Positions 8,629 through 17,751 of a DNA stretch of 20,225 bases are shown piece by piece. The position numbers were made by a program, and so were the translations under genes. The DNA is from Armatimonadota bacterium (GTDB taxonomy: Bacteria > Sysuimicrobiota > Sysuimicrobiia > Sysuimicrobiales > Kaftiobacteriaceae). The notes under the pieces are model-generated. The model did no database searches and was not told the origin of the DNA. It saw nothing but the letters and a program-made list of their open reading frames with translations. The stretch lies in contig JBBIUY010000045.1 in the NCBI GenBank assembly GCA_037440005.1, positions 1-20,225 on the forward strand. Reading direction: 5' to 3'. Within the stretch, counting starts at the first letter, position 1; every line of letters begins with the position of its first letter.

Positions 8629-9399
8629 ATGATCCTGCGCCGGATCGTCACCCCCGCGGCGGTAATCCTTCTGTGGGAGGGTCTCGCGCGGGCCGGCGCC
8701 CTGGACGTACGCTTCATCCCCCCGCCGACCCGGGTGGCGGCCACCTGGGTGGTGTGGGTGGCGGGCGGTGGCCCGGCGGCGGACCCCTACTCGGGGACCT
8801 GGCTCCTGGCCGCCCGGGACAGTGCCATCCGCGTGATGCTGGGATTCCTCATCGCCGCCGCGGCGGGAGTCGCCGCCGGCGCCCTGGTGGGGTGGTACCG
8901 GGCGGCCGAGGACCTGCTGGACCCGCTCGTTCAGGTCGCCCGGCCCATCCCCATCACGGCCTGGGTGCCGTTTGCCATCATCTTCTTCGGGTTCTACACC
9001 GCCTCCGCCGTCTTTCTGATCGCCCTGGGCGCGTTCTTCCCCATCTTCGTCAACACCTCGGCGGGCGTCCGGCGCGTGCCGGCCGTCCTGGTGCGCGCGG
9101 CCCGCATGCTGGGGACGCCCCCGGGTCTGCTGCTGCCCCGGGTGGCGCTGCCGGCCGCGCTGCCCTACGTGGTGACCGGGTGCCGCATCGGCATGGGCGC
9201 CGCCTGGGTCCTGGTGATCGTCTCGGAGATGGTCGCGGTGAAGTCGGGGCTGGGCTACTCCCTGTGGAACGCCTACTATTTTCTGCGCATGGACCTCATC
9301 ATCGCCGCCATGGCCAGCGTGGGCGGGCTGGGCTTTCTGGCCGACCGCCTGCTGATCTGGGCCACCCGGCCCCTGCTGCGGTGGAGCGAGGGAGACTGA
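8629..9399 (+). CDS. ABC transporter permease (NitT/TauT/SsuC type)
   Basis: Hydrophobic segments, RPIPITAWVP, EAA-like loop RAARMLG...LPAALP and SEM....GLG. An alternative ATG lies at 8617. Confidence 0.92.
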   Translation: MILRRIVTPAAVILLWEGLARAGALDVRFIPPPTRVAATWVVWVAGGGPAADPYSGTWLLAARDSAIRVMLGFLIAAAAGVAAGALVGWYRAAEDLLDPLVQVARPIPITAWVPFAIIFFGFYTASAVFLIALGAFFPIFVNTSAGVRRVPAVLVRAARMLGTPPGLLLPRVALPAALPYVVTGCRIGMGAAWVLVIVSEMVAVKSGLGYSLWNAYYFLRMDLIIAAMASVGGLGFLADRLLIWATRPLLRWSEGD

Positions 9400-9402
9400 C
9401 CC

Positions 9403-10227
9403 GTGCAGGTGGTGGTGGACGGGGTCGTCAAGCGGTTCGTGGACGCCCGCAGGGGCCGGGATGTCCTGGCGCTGGACGGGGTCAGCTGCCAGATTCGGGA
9501 ACGGGAGTTCGTCACCGTCCTGGGACCGTCCGGGTGCGGCAAGTCCACGCTGCTGAACATCCTGGCGGGATTTGAGGAGCCGACCGCAGGCACGGTCCTG
9601 GTGGCGGGCAAACCGGTCCGGGGGCCCGGGCCCGACCGCGGGGTGGTGTTCCAAGAGTACGCCCTGTTCCCCTGGCTGACCGTGGAGGAGAACATCGCGT
9701 TCGGCCTGCGCAACAAGAAGGTGCCGCCCGACACGCGGCGCCGCCTGGTCCGGGACGCCATCGCCCTGGTCGGGCTGGGCGGGTTCGAGCACCGCTACCC
9801 GCGGGAACTGTCAGGCGGCATGCGCCAGCGGGTGGGGCTGGCCCGGGTCCTGGTCATGAATCCGTCCATCCTCCTACTGGACGAGCCGTTCGCCGCCTTA
9901 GACGCCCTGACGCGGCAGCTCATGCAGGACCAGCTGCTGGAGGTCTGGACGTCCACCCGGACCACGGTAGTGCTGGTGACCCACAGCGTGGACGAGGCCC
10001 TGGTCCTCTCCGACCGCATCTACGTCATGTCCGCCCGCCCGGGACGCATCATCCAGGTCGTGGACGTTCCGCTGCCCCGTCCTCGCGACCTCGCGTCCCT
10101 GGAGCTCAACGCCCTGCGCGCGCAGATCCACCGCCTGATCGCCGCCGAGGTGCGCCGCAGTTTCGAAGAGCAACTCCTGGTCCGAGAGGGTTCTTTCCCG
10201 CCCGTCGGGAACACGCAGTCCCGGTGA
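9403..10227 (+). CDS. ABC transporter ATP-binding protein (NitT/TauT/SsuB type)
   Basis: Walker A GPSGCGKS, VFQEYALFPW, signature LSGGMRQR, Walker B LLLDEPF and H-loop VTH. Confidence 0.96.
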   Translation: MQVVVDGVVKRFVDARRGRDVLALDGVSCQIREREFVTVLGPSGCGKSTLLNILAGFEEPTAGTVLVAGKPVRGPGPDRGVVFQEYALFPWLTVEENIAFGLRNKKVPPDTRRRLVRDAIALVGLGGFEHRYPRELSGGMRQRVGLARVLVMNPSILLLDEPFAALDALTRQLMQDQLLEVWTSTRTTVVLVTHSVDEALVLSDRIYVMSARPGRIIQVVDVPLPRPRDLASLELNALRAQIHRLIAAEVRRSFEEQLLVREGSFPPVGNTQSR

Positions 10228-10332
10228 CGGAGGGACACGCCCACCGAGGACCCCTGCCTCCGGACCTGCACCGGGCGCCGGCCGCCTTCCACCGCAATAA
10301 CTCCTCCCGTTTCTGGCGATCGAGTTTATTGA

Positions 10333-10361
10333 GCAGGAATCTACGATTCTCCTGCCGAAAC
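10333..10361 (+). promoter_or_regulatory. Candidate cas operon promoter (GCAGGA-N18-GAAAC) overlapped by a palindrome
   Basis: Motif shared with 6498-6526, plus the imperfect inverted repeat GCAGGAATC-TAC-GATTCTCCTGC. Confidence 0.45.
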
Positions 10362-10428
10362 CGCCAGGGAATGTCCGCAGGAGTGCACCGGCGATCATGA
10401 CGGAACTGTGAGAAGACGGAGGAGAGAT

Positions 10429-12873
10429 ATGGAAGGATCCAATCCCACCCTTGATGTGGGGGCGTCCTTCCGCGAGGTCTTCCGTGCGGCAACGGGGCAA
10501 ACGCCCTACCCGTACCAGGCAGATATGGCGACTGGGGTGGACCTGCCAAATCTGCTCAGGGTGCCGACCGGATCGGGCAAAACGGCCGCCGCCGTCCTCG
10601 GATGGCTGTATCGCAGGCGTTTTCACAAGGACGAGAGGTTACGCGAACGAACGCCTCGGCGTCTCGTCTATTGCCTGCCCATGAGGGTCCTCGTGGAACA
10701 GACCGTCGACGTGATTCGCGACTGGCTGAAGCGTCTGAATCTAACCGACCAAATTGTTGTGTACCAACTCATGGGGGGCGTGGTGCAGGAAGATTGGGTA
10801 CAACGACCCGCGCGTGACGCGGTCCTCGTAGGAACTATGGATATGCTTCTGTCCCGCGCACTCAACCGCGGTTATGCGGTGGGACGGTCACGATGGCCGG
10901 TTGAGTTCGGTCTCCTGCACAACGACTGCTTGTGGGTGCTCGACGAGGTGCAGCTCATGGGCAATGGTCTGGCGACCTCGGCGCAGCTCGCAGCCTTCCG
11001 CGAGAAGCTTGGTACCCTGCGGCCGTGTCACTCGATGTGGATGTCGGCCACGGCTGCCCTTGAGTGGCTTCGCACCGTCGATCACCACGGATCGTTGTCC
11101 GAACTTCACCTCACCAAAGAGGATCTCACCGGCGGCCTCGGAGAGCGCCTGCACGCCCCTAAGACCCTCAGGAGGATGAAGGTGAGCCGCTGGCCGGAAG
11201 AAGGTCCACGGCATGTCCTGGACCTCCACCGGCCCGGAACGCTCACCCTCGTGGTGGTGAATACCGTGGAGCGGGCCCGCAAGATCTTCGACGGCCTTGG
11301 GCGCCTGACGCCCGCGGGGGTCGAACTGCGACTCCTCCACTCCCGGTTTCGGCCTCCGGACCGGCGCGCGGCGGTGAAGGAAGTGCTCGCACCAACAACC
11401 GGCGAGGGCCGCATCGTGGTGGCAACCCAGGTGGTCGAAGCCGGCATTGATCTCTCGGCGGCGACCCTTATAACCGAGCTCGCCCCATGGGGATCCCTTG
11501 TCCAGCGTTTCGGGAGATGCAATCGCTTTGCCGAGCACGCCGACGCCACAGTCGCATGGGTAGACCTTCGTACGGAGAAGGAAGCGGCCCCATACTTCTG
11601 GGAAGAGTTGACCGAAGCCCGGAAGGAGCTTGAGACCCTTGAGGGCAGATCGGTGAGCCCCGCGGTACTGGAGAGTCTCGGACCGGGCCGCCCGCCTCAG
11701 GTCCGCCATGTCATCCGACGAATGGACTTGGTGGATCTCTTCGACACCGAATCCGACCTGGCCGGCAACGACGTGGATGTATCCCGCTTCATCCGCGACG
11801 ACGCTGACGTGGATATCCACATTTACTGGAGACGGTGGGACGGCGACCATCCGCCACCGGATTTTCGCGCCCCATCCCCCGAGGAACTGTGCCCGGTCCC
11901 CGCGTGGGAGGTGCGCCAATTCCTTGAGAACCGAGGGCGGAGCAGGCGGGAAGCCGACGCGTACATCTGGGACCACCTGGAGCGCCAATGGCGCACCGTC
12001 GCGAGCAACGATCTGCGGCCTGGGATGACCGTCCTGCTGGCGGCCGAGGTCGGCGGGTATGCTCCCCGGGTAGGCTGGAACCGAGAGCTGCGCACACCGG
12101 TGGACCCTCTGAAGCAGGCAGACGGACCGGCCGAGCCCGAAGATAGTATCGAGGATGATCCCGTCGAGGAGGTGGCTGGGGCGTGGGTGCCGCTGGTCGA
12201 ACACCTACGTCGCGTACGGGATCACGTTGCGCGACTCTTGGATGAGCTCGGACTCGTGCTGGAGGATTGGGAACGCCAAGCCGTCCTATCCGCAGCCCTG
12301 TGGCATGATGTAGGCAAGGCTCACAACGTCTTCCAGGAAGCGTTGCTGCAGCTCGCGACCGAGTCCGAGCGGGCGGATCGTCGCAACCAGGTGTGGGCAA
12401 AGGCAAAAAGCGGCCGAGGTCACCTCGTCTATGGACGTCGTTACTTCCGCCACGAGCTGGCCAGCGCTCTCGCGCTACTGGCGAGTCCGATGGAGGTGCA
12501 CGGTCTTCAGGGCGCGGCTCTTGACTTGGCCGCCTATCTGGTCGCCGCTCACCACGGGAAGGTCCGCCTGGCGATTCGAGCCTTACCCGGAGAACGTCGA
12601 CCGAACGACCCCGGGCGACGCTTCGCTCGAGGCGTATGGGACCGCGATGAGATAGGGCCGCTGAGGTTGGACGGGATAACGTTGCCACGGCTCGTGTTAC
12701 ATCTTTCCCCGATGGAGGCGGGCCGGGGGCCGGACGGACAGCCCTCCTGGGCAGAGCGGGCACTGCGCTTACGCGATCAGCTCGGGCCTTTTCGGCTCGG
12801 CTTTCTTGAGGCGCTGGTGAGGCTCTCGGACTGGGAGGCCAGCGCGGAAGAGCGAGAAGAAAGCGATGCCTGA
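10429..12873 (+). CDS. cas3: Type I-G Cas3 helicase with C-terminal HD nuclease domain
   Basis: PTGSGKT, DEVQ, SAT, LHSRF, ATQVVEAGID and QRFGRCNR, followed by HD-domain motifs WHDVGK, HE, HHG and SD. The helicase-then-HD order is characteristic of I-G. SD GGAGGAG precedes ATG 10429. Confidence 0.96.
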   Translation: MEGSNPTLDVGASFREVFRAATGQTPYPYQADMATGVDLPNLLRVPTGSGKTAAAVLGWLYRRRFHKDERLRERTPRRLVYCLPMRVLVEQTVDVIRDWLKRLNLTDQIVVYQLMGGVVQEDWVQRPARDAVLVGTMDMLLSRALNRGYAVGRSRWPVEFGLLHNDCLWVLDEVQLMGNGLATSAQLAAFREKLGTLRPCHSMWMSATAALEWLRTVDHHGSLSELHLTKEDLTGGLGERLHAPKTLRRMKVSRWPEEGPRHVLDLHRPGTLTLVVVNTVERARKIFDGLGRLTPAGVELRLLHSRFRPPDRRAAVKEVLAPTTGEGRIVVATQVVEAGIDLSAATLITELAPWGSLVQRFGRCNRFAEHADATVAWVDLRTEKEAAPYFWEELTEARKELETLEGRSVSPAVLESLGPGRPPQVRHVIRRMDLVDLFDTESDLAGNDVDVSRFIRDDADVDIHIYWRRWDGDHPPPDFRAPSPEELCPVPAWEVRQFLENRGRSRREADAYIWDHLERQWRTVASNDLRPGMTVLLAAEVGGYAPRVGWNRELRTPVDPLKQADGPAEPEDSIEDDPVEEVAGAWVPLVEHLRRVRDHVARLLDELGLVLEDWERQAVLSAALWHDVGKAHNVFQEALLQLATESERADRRNQVWAKAKSGRGHLVYGRRYFRHELASALALLASPMEVHGLQGAALDLAAYLVAAHHGKVRLAIRALPGERRPNDPGRRFARGVWDRDEIGPLRLDGITLPRLVLHLSPMEAGRGPDGQPSWAERALRLRDQLGPFRLGFLEALVRLSDWEASAEEREESDA

Positions 12874-15046
12874 CGTGCGGCTGGAGGGGTGTCGGCCCGA
12901 ACCTCTGGCGAGCTACCTGAAGGCCTTGGGGGTGCTGCGGATCGTGGCCGAGCAGGTAGACCCGGAGGCTCGGGGGCACTGGTGGCATGACATCTTCGTC
13001 TTGTCGAGCTCCTTGGATGAAGAGGGCCTCGTTCAGTTTTTCGTCGAGAAGTACCGGCCTACCCCGATCGTGGCGCCCTGGAACAAAGATAGCGGGTTCT
13101 ACAGAAAGGACACGCCAATCGACATCATCGCCTCTTCCGCAGACGGCCGTCTCTCGGAGTTCCGTGAAGTGATTGCCATCGCCCGTCACCTCATCAAGGA
13201 GTTCGGGTGGTCCGACAAGCCAGGGGGCGGGGACGAAAAAGTCGCGTTCGTCGCGGTCCTGCGGGCGCGTTTGCCCGAGAGGTCTGTACGATGGCTGGAC
13301 GCGCTTGTGGCAGTGGCCGGTGACGCTACGTGGGCTCCGGCGTTCGTGGCGGGCGGGGTGGACGGGAGGTTCGAATTTACGCGGGTTTACGCTGAATCTA
13401 TCGTCCGCATCTGCGGGCTGGAGAGCGGACGCCGTCAAAAGATACGGCCATCTTCTGAGGGTCTGCGCGCGGCCCTCTTCGGCGTGGCCGAGCCCGCCGC
13501 GAAGATCAATGCGACGGGCGGTCCGCTCGCACCGGCGAGCGTCGACGCTCCGAACGCTGCTCAGGGCTATGTGGGCCGCAAGCAGCTAAACCCGTGGGAC
13601 TTTGTGCTCGGCATGGAGGGCGCTCTCCACCTGTCGGGAGCTGTCTCGCGGCGATTCGGCCCAGTGGGTTCCACGCGCGCGGCTTTCCCGTTCACGGTCG
13701 ACCCTGCCGGCGCCGGGTACACGAGCGCTGGCGTGGAACCATCCCGTGGCGAGATCTGGGTCCCGCTCTGGGAGCGACCCATGACAGCCAGGGAACTCTC
13801 GTATCTGTTCCGAGAAGGTCGGGCGGAATGGCGCGGGCGGCCCGCTACGACGGCCACCGACATGGCCCGGGCTATCGTGAGCCTCGGCGTGGACCGCGGT
13901 CTGAACGAGTTCCGTCGCTTCGGTGTCCAGGGGCGAAGCGGGCGAATGCACCTCGCCATTCCATTGGGGCGCTGGCCGGTTGTTGACCGTCCGGAGGCGG
14001 AGCTCCTGGCGAAGTTAGACGAATTTCTCTCGGCCCTGCGTCGGGCAACCATGCGGACCGACGCGCCGGGTGCCCTCACCGAATCCACTCGGCGCCTGGA
14101 AGCCGCGATTCTTAACTACGCTTCCTACGGGGGACGGGACCGACTCCTTGAGGTCCTGCTCGCGACATCCCGAGCCGAGCTCACTTTGGCTCGCCGATTG
14201 GCTCGCCGACCGAGCACTCGACCCCGGGGTTTCCCCCGACCCCTCCCGGGACTGTCCAGGGACTGGATTGCAGTTTGTGATGACGGGTCTCCCGAGTTCG
14301 AACTGGCCGCGTCCATCGCCTCGCTCCGCCCGGCCGTGCGCGGTCCTGGAGAGTTCCGTCGACATATCGAACCGGTCGTCCGCCGGGGCGATAGCTGGGC
14401 ATGGGCTGAGTCCACCCCGCACGAGGTGGTCTGGAGCGGTCGGAATACGCTGCGCGACCTGGCCGCGGTCTTGGAAAGGCGCCTCGTGGACGCGAACCGC
14501 GAGGGTGTACCCCTGCCGGTCGACGGCCATCTTCGCGTTCACCCGGCATCCGTGGCTGCGCTTCTCGAGGGGGAGATCGATCTGGAGCGCCTGGGGCGAC
14601 TGGCGGAGGGGTTGGCGCTTGTGGACTGGGAGGGCGTCGGTTCGAGAGCTGGTCATGTGAGGCCGGTGATCCCCCGTCGCCAGCCGGAGGCACCGGTGCC
14701 CGCAGCCTACGCTGTCCTGAAGCTGGTGTTTGTCGGGCGCCCGATCCACGTTGGCGCCCTGGATGTCGCTGTCCGTCCCGACCCATCAATCCTGAGGTTG
14801 CTCCGGGCAGGTGACATTTGGGGAGCGGTCACGCGAGCCACCCGGCGACTGCGGGTCGCGGGGCTGGTCGTGCGCGGGATTCCCGAAGAGATCATACGTT
14901 CGCCAGCGATCCCGGACCACGATCTCGGACGGCGTCTCCTCGCCGCCTTGATTGTTCCCGTCCTTGAGACCCCGCTGGTGAACGCGGTACTCGAGGTGGA
15001 AGAAGAGACGATGGAGGAGGGAGCGTCATGGGCCTACTTGAGGTGA
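12866..15046 (+). CDS. csx17: Type I-G large subunit Csx17 (Cas8g/Cas8u2)
   Basis: N-terminal L.GC.PEPLASYLKALG.LR, PWN..SGF, GG.DGR..F, NPWDFVL.MEG, FPFTV and GEIWVPLW. Overlaps cas3 by 8 nt. Confidence 0.92.
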   Translation: MPDVRLEGCRPEPLASYLKALGVLRIVAEQVDPEARGHWWHDIFVLSSSLDEEGLVQFFVEKYRPTPIVAPWNKDSGFYRKDTPIDIIASSADGRLSEFREVIAIARHLIKEFGWSDKPGGGDEKVAFVAVLRARLPERSVRWLDALVAVAGDATWAPAFVAGGVDGRFEFTRVYAESIVRICGLESGRRQKIRPSSEGLRAALFGVAEPAAKINATGGPLAPASVDAPNAAQGYVGRKQLNPWDFVLGMEGALHLSGAVSRRFGPVGSTRAAFPFTVDPAGAGYTSAGVEPSRGEIWVPLWERPMTARELSYLFREGRAEWRGRPATTATDMARAIVSLGVDRGLNEFRRFGVQGRSGRMHLAIPLGRWPVVDRPEAELLAKLDEFLSALRRATMRTDAPGALTESTRRLEAAILNYASYGGRDRLLEVLLATSRAELTLARRLARRPSTRPRGFPRPLPGLSRDWIAVCDDGSPEFELAASIASLRPAVRGPGEFRRHIEPVVRRGDSWAWAESTPHEVVWSGRNTLRDLAAVLERRLVDANREGVPLPVDGHLRVHPASVAALLEGEIDLERLGRLAEGLALVDWEGVGSRAGHVRPVIPRRQPEAPVPAAYAVLKLVFVGRPIHVGALDVAVRPDPSILRLLRAGDIWGAVTRATRRLRVAGLVVRGIPEEIIRSPAIPDHDLGRRLLAALIVPVLETPLVNAVLEVEEETMEEGASWAYLR

Positions 15047-16095
15047 ATGCTCCGCGGATCCTGATCGAGGCCGACCTCTGGCCAGTCCAGGGGGAGCGGT
15101 TCCAGCCGACCGGATTCCCCGATCTGGGCCCGGCGGCCTACCGCCTGCCGGACGGCACGGAGAAGCTCCTGGTGGAATCGCCGCAGTCGATGGCCAACCG
15201 GTTGGAGGCGGTGTGCTGGGATGAGGCCCGAAACGACCTGGTCGGAGACCTCCAGGGCCTCCCTTACGTACGCATCGACCTCGGGAGGTTCGGGATCACG
15301 TCGTCGATCCTCGAGTTCCACCGGTTAAACTCGCCGTACATCTGGGAACTCGACGGGGACGAACGCCGCCAGCAATTTCACAAGTCCGTCTCTGAGGCAC
15401 TCGGAGTGGAGGGCCAGCGCCGCCGAGGGCGCCAAACCGGCAAGGCGACCAAAGAGCGTGCGGAGGTCCCCGGGGTCGTGGATATACGGAAGCTTGCGGC
15501 GCTGTGTCTCCGGTACGACCCTAACTCTATCGTCCACGGGGTCTTCCTCGAAAAAGTGGCGGGGCGCTTTCGTCTGCCCCGGGCCCTATCGTCATTCATC
15601 GAGGCGACCCGAGTCACACCTGCGGAGTCCGGGGGGGCGAAGTTAGACCGCGTCTTTCCAGCAGCGGATCAGAACCGAGGCATCCGATCTGAAGAAGGCT
15701 TCACTAACGTTACCTTTCCTCGTACTGAGTTTACCGCGGAACGCATCACCGCCTACTTCAACTTCGACGCCGCGTTGGTTGCGTCGTACGGTCTCCCGCC
15801 GGAGGGCGAGCGACTCATACGCACCCTCGCATTGTGGAAGGTCCGCCGGTTCCTCGATGGCGGGCTGCGGCTCCGGAGCGCGTGCGACCTCGATTGCAAG
15901 GAGGTGCGGGTGATCCGCCCCGACGGAGAGGCCCTGCCGAATACGGCAGAGCTAGGCGCCGCCGTGAAGGAAGCCATCAAGGCGTGCCGGAAAGCGGGTC
16001 TCTTCGTGGAGCCGCCCGTGACGGAGATCGCCACAGTCGTGCCCGACCGAGCCGCCAAGCGCGAACGTGACGAGGACGTGGAGGAGAGCTCGTAG
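15028..16095 (+). CDS. csb1: Type I-G Cas7 backbone protein Csb1
   Basis: RFQPTGFPDLGPA, LLVESPQSMANRLE, HRLNSPY, DPNS..HGVFL and LRLRSACDL. SD GGAGGAGG upstream. Confidence 0.93.
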   Translation: MGLLEVNAPRILIEADLWPVQGERFQPTGFPDLGPAAYRLPDGTEKLLVESPQSMANRLEAVCWDEARNDLVGDLQGLPYVRIDLGRFGITSSILEFHRLNSPYIWELDGDERRQQFHKSVSEALGVEGQRRRGRQTGKATKERAEVPGVVDIRKLAALCLRYDPNSIVHGVFLEKVAGRFRLPRALSSFIEATRVTPAESGGAKLDRVFPAADQNRGIRSEEGFTNVTFPRTEFTAERITAYFNFDAALVASYGLPPEGERLIRTLALWKVRRFLDGGLRLRSACDLDCKEVRVIRPDGEALPNTAELGAAVKEAIKACRKAGLFVEPPVTEIATVVPDRAAKRERDEDVEESS

Positions 16096-16130
16096 CGGCC
16101 GGGGACTCGGGTGCACGGGGAGGTGGGACG

Positions 16131-17543
16131 ATGCCGACCGCCATCGAGATCCAGTTTCTCACCGGTCGGTTCCACGCCACGCCGTGGGGATACCACGTCA
16201 ACGAGGCGGCCCTGGAGTGGCCGCCGTCTCCATGGCGCCTAGCACGGGCCCTGGTGGCGGGAGCGATGCGGGTGGGGCTGAATCCAGGTGTCTCTCGGCG
16301 GCTCCTGGAGCCCTTCCTTCAACCGCCCTCCTACTGGCTGCCGGATGTCTCCGCCGCGCACACGCGCCAGTACATGCCCTGGGAAAAGAACCGCGGGGAG
16401 ACCGAGCGGGTCATGATTTTCGACGCCTTTGTTATCGTGCCAGCCCCGCTCGTGGTGGCGTGGCCCGGGGACGTGGCAAACCCGAGCCTGCTGGTCCGCG
16501 TCCTGGATGCAGTGGGATACCTGGGTCGGTCGCAATCCTGGACCGATCTCCGCCTTGTGGAGCTTCCATCCGGACCGCCCAACTCGCTGCCGCTCAAGCC
16601 CGACGAGCGCGTCGGCGAGCACGAGGAGGCGACCCTCCTCCTCGTCCCCGACCCCTACAAAAACGACGCCTTTGACGCCCTGCTTGCCACCACCGACAAG
16701 GTGCGGGCCGCCGGGCTCGACCGACCTCCGGGGACCCGCTGGGTCCGTTACCGCCGCCCGCGGATCATGGTCGATCCGCCCCCCAAGCCCGAGCTGCGGC
16801 GGGGGGCGGGTGCCACCCCCACCGTCGCCTTCTATCTGATTCAGTCAGCCGCCCGGCTACCCCTTACCGAATCCCTCACAGTGACGGAACTCCTCCGGCG
16901 AAGTGCCATGGCCTGGTACGGGCGGCTGAATGAGGGGACTAGCTCCCCGGTCCTTTCCGGAAAGGACGCCTCGGGTCGGCCGCTGGAGGGCCACCGGCAT
17001 GCCTTCTACTTGGCCCTCGACGAAGACGACGACCGCCGCGTAGACCGGTTGGTGGTCTATGCGCCCATGGGATTCGGGCGTGCCGAGCGGGAGGCCCTGA
17101 GGCGCGTCCGAATCCTTAAACCGGGCCGCGGCCGGCCTCCACTTCACCTTCACCTCGTGGGATTCGGCACCCCGGAGGGGTTCACCTCGCCTGTGTTCGG
17201 CCCCGCCCGGCGCTGGCGGTCCCACACTCCCTTCCTGCTCGTCCGCCATCCCAAGATGCGGGGAGGGAGCGACGACCGACGGCTGGTGGACGACCCGGTT
17301 GCGCAGGTTGTGCTCGAGCTCGAGCGCCGAGGACTGCCTGCTCCGTCGAACGTGCGGCCGGTGCGGGGTGCGCGTTTCCGCTGGCTCGAGTATCGCACAC
17401 ACCGGCGTGGCGATCCCGGTCCACCAGGTGCCTGGGGCTTCGAGGTGGAGTTCGCGGAGCCCGTCCGGGGTCCCCTCGCTCTCGGCCGCCACTGCCACTT
17501 TGGCCTGGGCCTGTTCCTGCCTGCCGACTCATCACCTCCGTGA
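16131..17543 (+). CDS. csb2: Type I-G Cas5/Cas6 fusion Csb2
   Basis: GRFHATPW, EWPPSPWRL.RAL, YLGRS.SW and the C-terminal Cas6 G-rich loop GPLALG..CHFGLGLF. Confidence 0.95.
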   Translation: MPTAIEIQFLTGRFHATPWGYHVNEAALEWPPSPWRLARALVAGAMRVGLNPGVSRRLLEPFLQPPSYWLPDVSAAHTRQYMPWEKNRGETERVMIFDAFVIVPAPLVVAWPGDVANPSLLVRVLDAVGYLGRSQSWTDLRLVELPSGPPNSLPLKPDERVGEHEEATLLLVPDPYKNDAFDALLATTDKVRAAGLDRPPGTRWVRYRRPRIMVDPPPKPELRRGAGATPTVAFYLIQSAARLPLTESLTVTELLRRSAMAWYGRLNEGTSSPVLSGKDASGRPLEGHRHAFYLALDEDDDRRVDRLVVYAPMGFGRAEREALRRVRILKPGRGRPPLHLHLVGFGTPEGFTSPVFGPARRWRSHTPFLLVRHPKMRGGSDDRRLVDDPVAQVVLELERRGLPAPSNVRPVRGARFRWLEYRTHRRGDPGPPGAWGFEVEFAEPVRGPLALGRHCHFGLGLFLPADSSPP

Positions 17544-17730
17544 CTCTCCTCGGTGTCCGAGCTCGAGAGCCCCAGTATGTACGCAAAGGGATCCACTCCA
17601 AATTTGGCTGTGGTCAGGAGCACGACCCGGAGCCGGAGTTACGATGAGCCTTAAGGACGGCCTGTCGGCGCCCGGGTAGCCCGCAGTCCGAAGGGAAGAG
17701 CGCCATGTCGTGTTCTGCCTGCTCTGAGTA

Positions 17731-17751
17731 CCGCGGTCTTCCTCCTCGGAA
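17731..17751 (-). CRISPR. Isolated degenerate CRISPR-repeat-like sequence, antisense to the array
   Basis: Minus strand TTCCGAGGAGGAA-GACCGCGG versus repeat core TTCCGCGGTCGAAAGACCGCGG gives 18/22 identities including 10 contiguous. Confidence 0.5.

Noticed and set aside
631..9792. Many long minus-strand and alternate-frame ORFs (e.g. 631-2178, 3217-4800, 4481-5749, 7052-8542, 8569-9792)
   Set aside because: They overlap well-supported + strand genes, are Arg/Pro/Gly-rich or antisense shadows expected at this GC content, and show no family motifs.
17544..17580. Plus-strand hairpin followed by CCCCAGT as another degenerate repeat
   Set aside because: Similarity is limited to TCC.CGGT and GCCCCA.T, with different stem geometry and no handle.
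17560..17645. Resemblance to a c-di-GMP-I riboswitch (ACGCAAAG ... GCCGGAGTTAC)
   Set aside because: The upstream GGYAAA/GNRA-capped P2 stem and the tetraloop receptor are not evident. An Rfam covariance-model search would be decisive.
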